A DNA stretch of 32,000 nt from Rotaria sordida (Eukaryota): NCBI GenBank assembly GCA_905251635.1, contig CAJNOT010000088.1:56086-88085 (forward strand), given 5' to 3'. The notes below the pieces were generated by a model. That model had not been told where the DNA came from. It ran no database searches and saw nothing but the letters and a program-made list of their open reading frames with translations. The position numbers and the translations under genes are program-made. Each line of letters starts with the position of its first letter. The first letter of the stretch is position 1. Positions 30,201 through 32,000 of this stretch are shown piece after piece.

Positions 30201-32000
30201 TTTGTAAATTTACCTTTTTGTTCGTTCATTTTTTGTTCCGTGTGTTGTAAGAATTTTATCTTTTGAATCAATATTGACGTTGCTGGTTCGTGGTGAAGGA
30301 TTTTTACCATTTTCATTTGTTATTCGTTCATTTGACTTCAATAAAAAAAAAGAATTTGTTTTTTTCCAACGAAAAAAAGAAACAGAGATTACATACTTTA
30401 TGTGATTGTATTGGTGGATTTGATAAAGGATTATGACGAAAATTTAATGTCCAAACATTTTTGCCGTATAATCCACGACAAAGAAGAATAATTGCTGGCA
30501 TTCCTAAATAAGAAAACAAACAAAAAAAATTAAAAGGTTCATTCAGAAAATCGAAATATTTTCTGAAGAATCACAAAAATAGATGCATATGTAACTAGCA
30601 ACTATTATAGATCAATCTTCGTTCTTGAGATTTTTAATTATTCTAGTATCAAACAACGTTTGATTTCATATTATGACCGTCTTAATAGAACTTTTACTGA
30701 GAATAAGACTTTTCCGAAAAACCTAGAACAAATAACTCTGATCTGATGTTTCGTCTATAAGTAGATTTAATAATCCTTAGATAACCTTGAAAATTTAGAT
30801 CAAAATGAACATGTCTTTCTTGTGATATTCAATTTTCAAGGAGACTTGATCACTGTATCTTTCTATAGTAAACTGATGTCTCTTTGGAAAATTTCAATAT
30901 TTCAAGAAACACATATTTGTTTTCGTTAAAACCTTCGAGAGACTATCTAATGATTATTAATTGTGCATGAGGTGAAAACTGTTTGTTTTTCGCCTTTTCT
31001 GAAATGTCCTGCTTTCACAAGGGAAGCACCTGACCTGCTTAATTGCTTTTAAGCCGAGGCTATGTGCATCATATAGATTCTATTGAGCTATGAATACATT
31101 GAAAAGAGTTCGGATCCTTAGCTTATTATTGCCGAGACACTGCATCTTTGCGGTATTTTTTTTAGTTAACGGTGCAATCTCGATCAGGAACACTAGAAAC
31201 ACTAATTTTCGAATTTCAACTTAAAACTTGAACCAAATTCCGATTTCTTCGTTAGCCCTATCAAACAATCATCGAATTTTTTTTATCAATTTAGATCGAT
31301 TATTATTTCTTTTCTGTCATATACATATACATTAAAAAGAAAATACAATTTTGTTTTGTACACTTGCATCAAAATCTTTTTCTTTTGATTTTCAATGGTT
31401 TACAAATATTCATCAAAAATATTCTCAATAATTTGAAAATTTCTCAATGAACATAGAAAATAGTGTCTAGTTTTTATTTTTGAAAGAAAATCCAAAGAAA
31501 ACAAACCATTATTAACATTGCTTGGTAATTCATTCATAGCAAATAAAGTATTTCCATTAATTGCAAAATATTTAAATGATGACGAAGTCATTATATTTTC
31601 AAATGTTGATTCATCTAACCAATTTCGATATATATCATTTTTTAAATGTAATACCGCCTAAATAAATCAAATATTCATCATTTTAATCATCAAAAATGAT
31701 ATTTATATAGAAAAAAAGAAAAAGTTTAATCAATAGATGTTATTTTTTTGTTGTGTTCTTAATTTGTAAAATCAAACGTGAAATAAAAGCAGCAATTTTT
31801 GTAAAAACCTCGCCATTTGATATATCACCAACAATATTCCTATGTACATATGTTCCGAAAAAATATTTCTTATTCGATCTATATTCTATTAAAAGTTTCT
31901 TTTCTTCAAAAACTTACAGATTCTTATTTATGTATTTATATATCGAAAAACAAAAAAACTTACTTTATGTTCAAAAAGAACGAACATTAAATATTCTGCA
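27276..32000 (-). CDS. RALGAPB: C-terminal half (16 exons; 5' end beyond the window) of a RapGAP-domain protein, most like the Ral GTPase-activating protein non-catalytic beta subunit
   Basis: Minus-strand exons are 31964-32000 (partial), 31809-31898 (5' boundary uncertain), 31507-31657, 30397-30503, 30214-30335, 30145-30165, 30051-30065, 29689-29850, 29526-29622, 29272-29451, 29072-29207, 28899-29009, 28751-28831, 27722-27815, 27528-27656 and 27276-27450 (TAA 27278-27276). All are GT..AG, the phases chain without stops. The RapGAP-type block is ..GHDSILYWMNLTTEMAFYLPHHFS MDNQSSEMRILIVWLEEFRDDLDSILPEQSLKHRDISIIGIHPLKNHLFRISL...IPLIDGMVLPRYILSFFLRQAVHNLSRRKRLEDSQ..LRKTRITKIIEKYQN. It parallels the RalGAP alpha/beta C-termini as I remember them (IVW.E...V.I.I.P.KNH.F.I......PL.DG..V....L...VR...IN..RRKRLE....RK.KI..I...Y). 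Confidence 0.75.
27895..28025. repeat. Second copy of the repeat terminus seen at 20509-20640
   Basis: See the 20509-20640 feature. This copy contains an internal hairpin, ccgttgggtccaaagttttcgaatccgaacccaacag. Confidence 0.5.
28219..28417. repeat. Foldback repeat inside the 935-nt RalGAP-beta-like intron
   Basis: Left arm 28219-28284 is aggactttgattctgagtgttttctgaaagtttaaatcgaaacaaatggttccttctcgaaatatt. The reverse complement of 28351-28417 is aggacctttgatcctaagtatttcctgaaagtttcagtcaaagcagatgattccttctcgacatatt. Confidence 0.8.
31064..31235. repeat. Solo copy of the 4490-5500 repeat family inside the 1003-nt RalGAP-beta-like intron
   Basis: This copy reads ..gagctatgaatacattgaaaagagttcggatccttagcttattattgccgagacac...ttcgaatttcaacttaaaacttgaacc. 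The reverse complement of 5330-5470 reads gagctatgaatacgttgaaaagagttcggattcttagcttcttgctgccgagatat...ttcgaatttcaatttgaaactttcg. Confidence 0.75.

Noticed and set aside
1-32000. A prokaryotic-style novel system (defence island, CRISPR, toxin-antitoxin, operon of enzymes)
   Set aside because: The window is spliced eukaryotic DNA. It has canonical GT..AG introns, AATAAA signals and metazoan-specific families (PRCC, Ly6/uPAR, RalGAP-like). There are no direct-repeat/spacer arrays and no long uninterrupted gene strings.

Overview
This window is AT-rich eukaryotic (metazoan) nuclear DNA, not prokaryotic. I found no CRISPR array, rRNA, convincing tRNA, or defence- or operon-type bacterial system. 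By hand-splicing the ORF track (GT..AG introns, phase continuity, no in-frame stops) I reconstruct ten protein-coding genes. Most introns are 48-80 nt; a few are 0.3-2.2 kb and are filled with repeats.

Genes, in window order:
- A 4-exon gene for a basic 156-aa protein of unknown family (5-895, minus).
- A 2-exon gene for a 385-aa protein of unknown family (2391-3607, plus).
- A PRCC homologue (5749-7629, minus).
- Mitochondrial ribosomal protein bS16/MRPS16 (7718-8442, minus).
- An intronless secreted cystatin (10620-10967, minus).
- A G+C-rich intronless ORF for a 99-aa Ser/Gly/Thr-rich protein (13639-13938, minus).
- A Ly6/uPAR three-finger protein with a GPI-type tail (17021-17534, plus).
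- A ~1035-aa HEAT/ARM-repeat protein, best read as TTI1 (19095-24406, minus).
- A 125-aa single-pass membrane/coiled-coil protein (24425-27002, minus).
- The C-terminal half of a RapGAP-domain protein resembling RalGAP subunit beta (27276 to beyond 32000, minus).

Intergenic DNA and the long introns hold many foldback (hairpin) repeats at about 70-80 % arm identity. One palindrome stands out because its arms are perfect over 207 bp.

The leads most worth following are:
- Operon-like spacing of co-oriented genes. Only 18 nt separate the stop of the small membrane protein from the TTI1 ATG, and 88 U-rich nt separate MRPS16 from PRCC. Splice-acceptor-like sites sit just upstream of most ATGs, which suggests SL trans-splicing or polycistrons.
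- The young perfect palindrome at 9901-10530.
- The compositionally aberrant ORF for a disordered protein.

I see no coherent novel multi-gene system. All family assignments rest on motifs recalled from memory, no database search was possible, and the G+C statements are estimates by eye.
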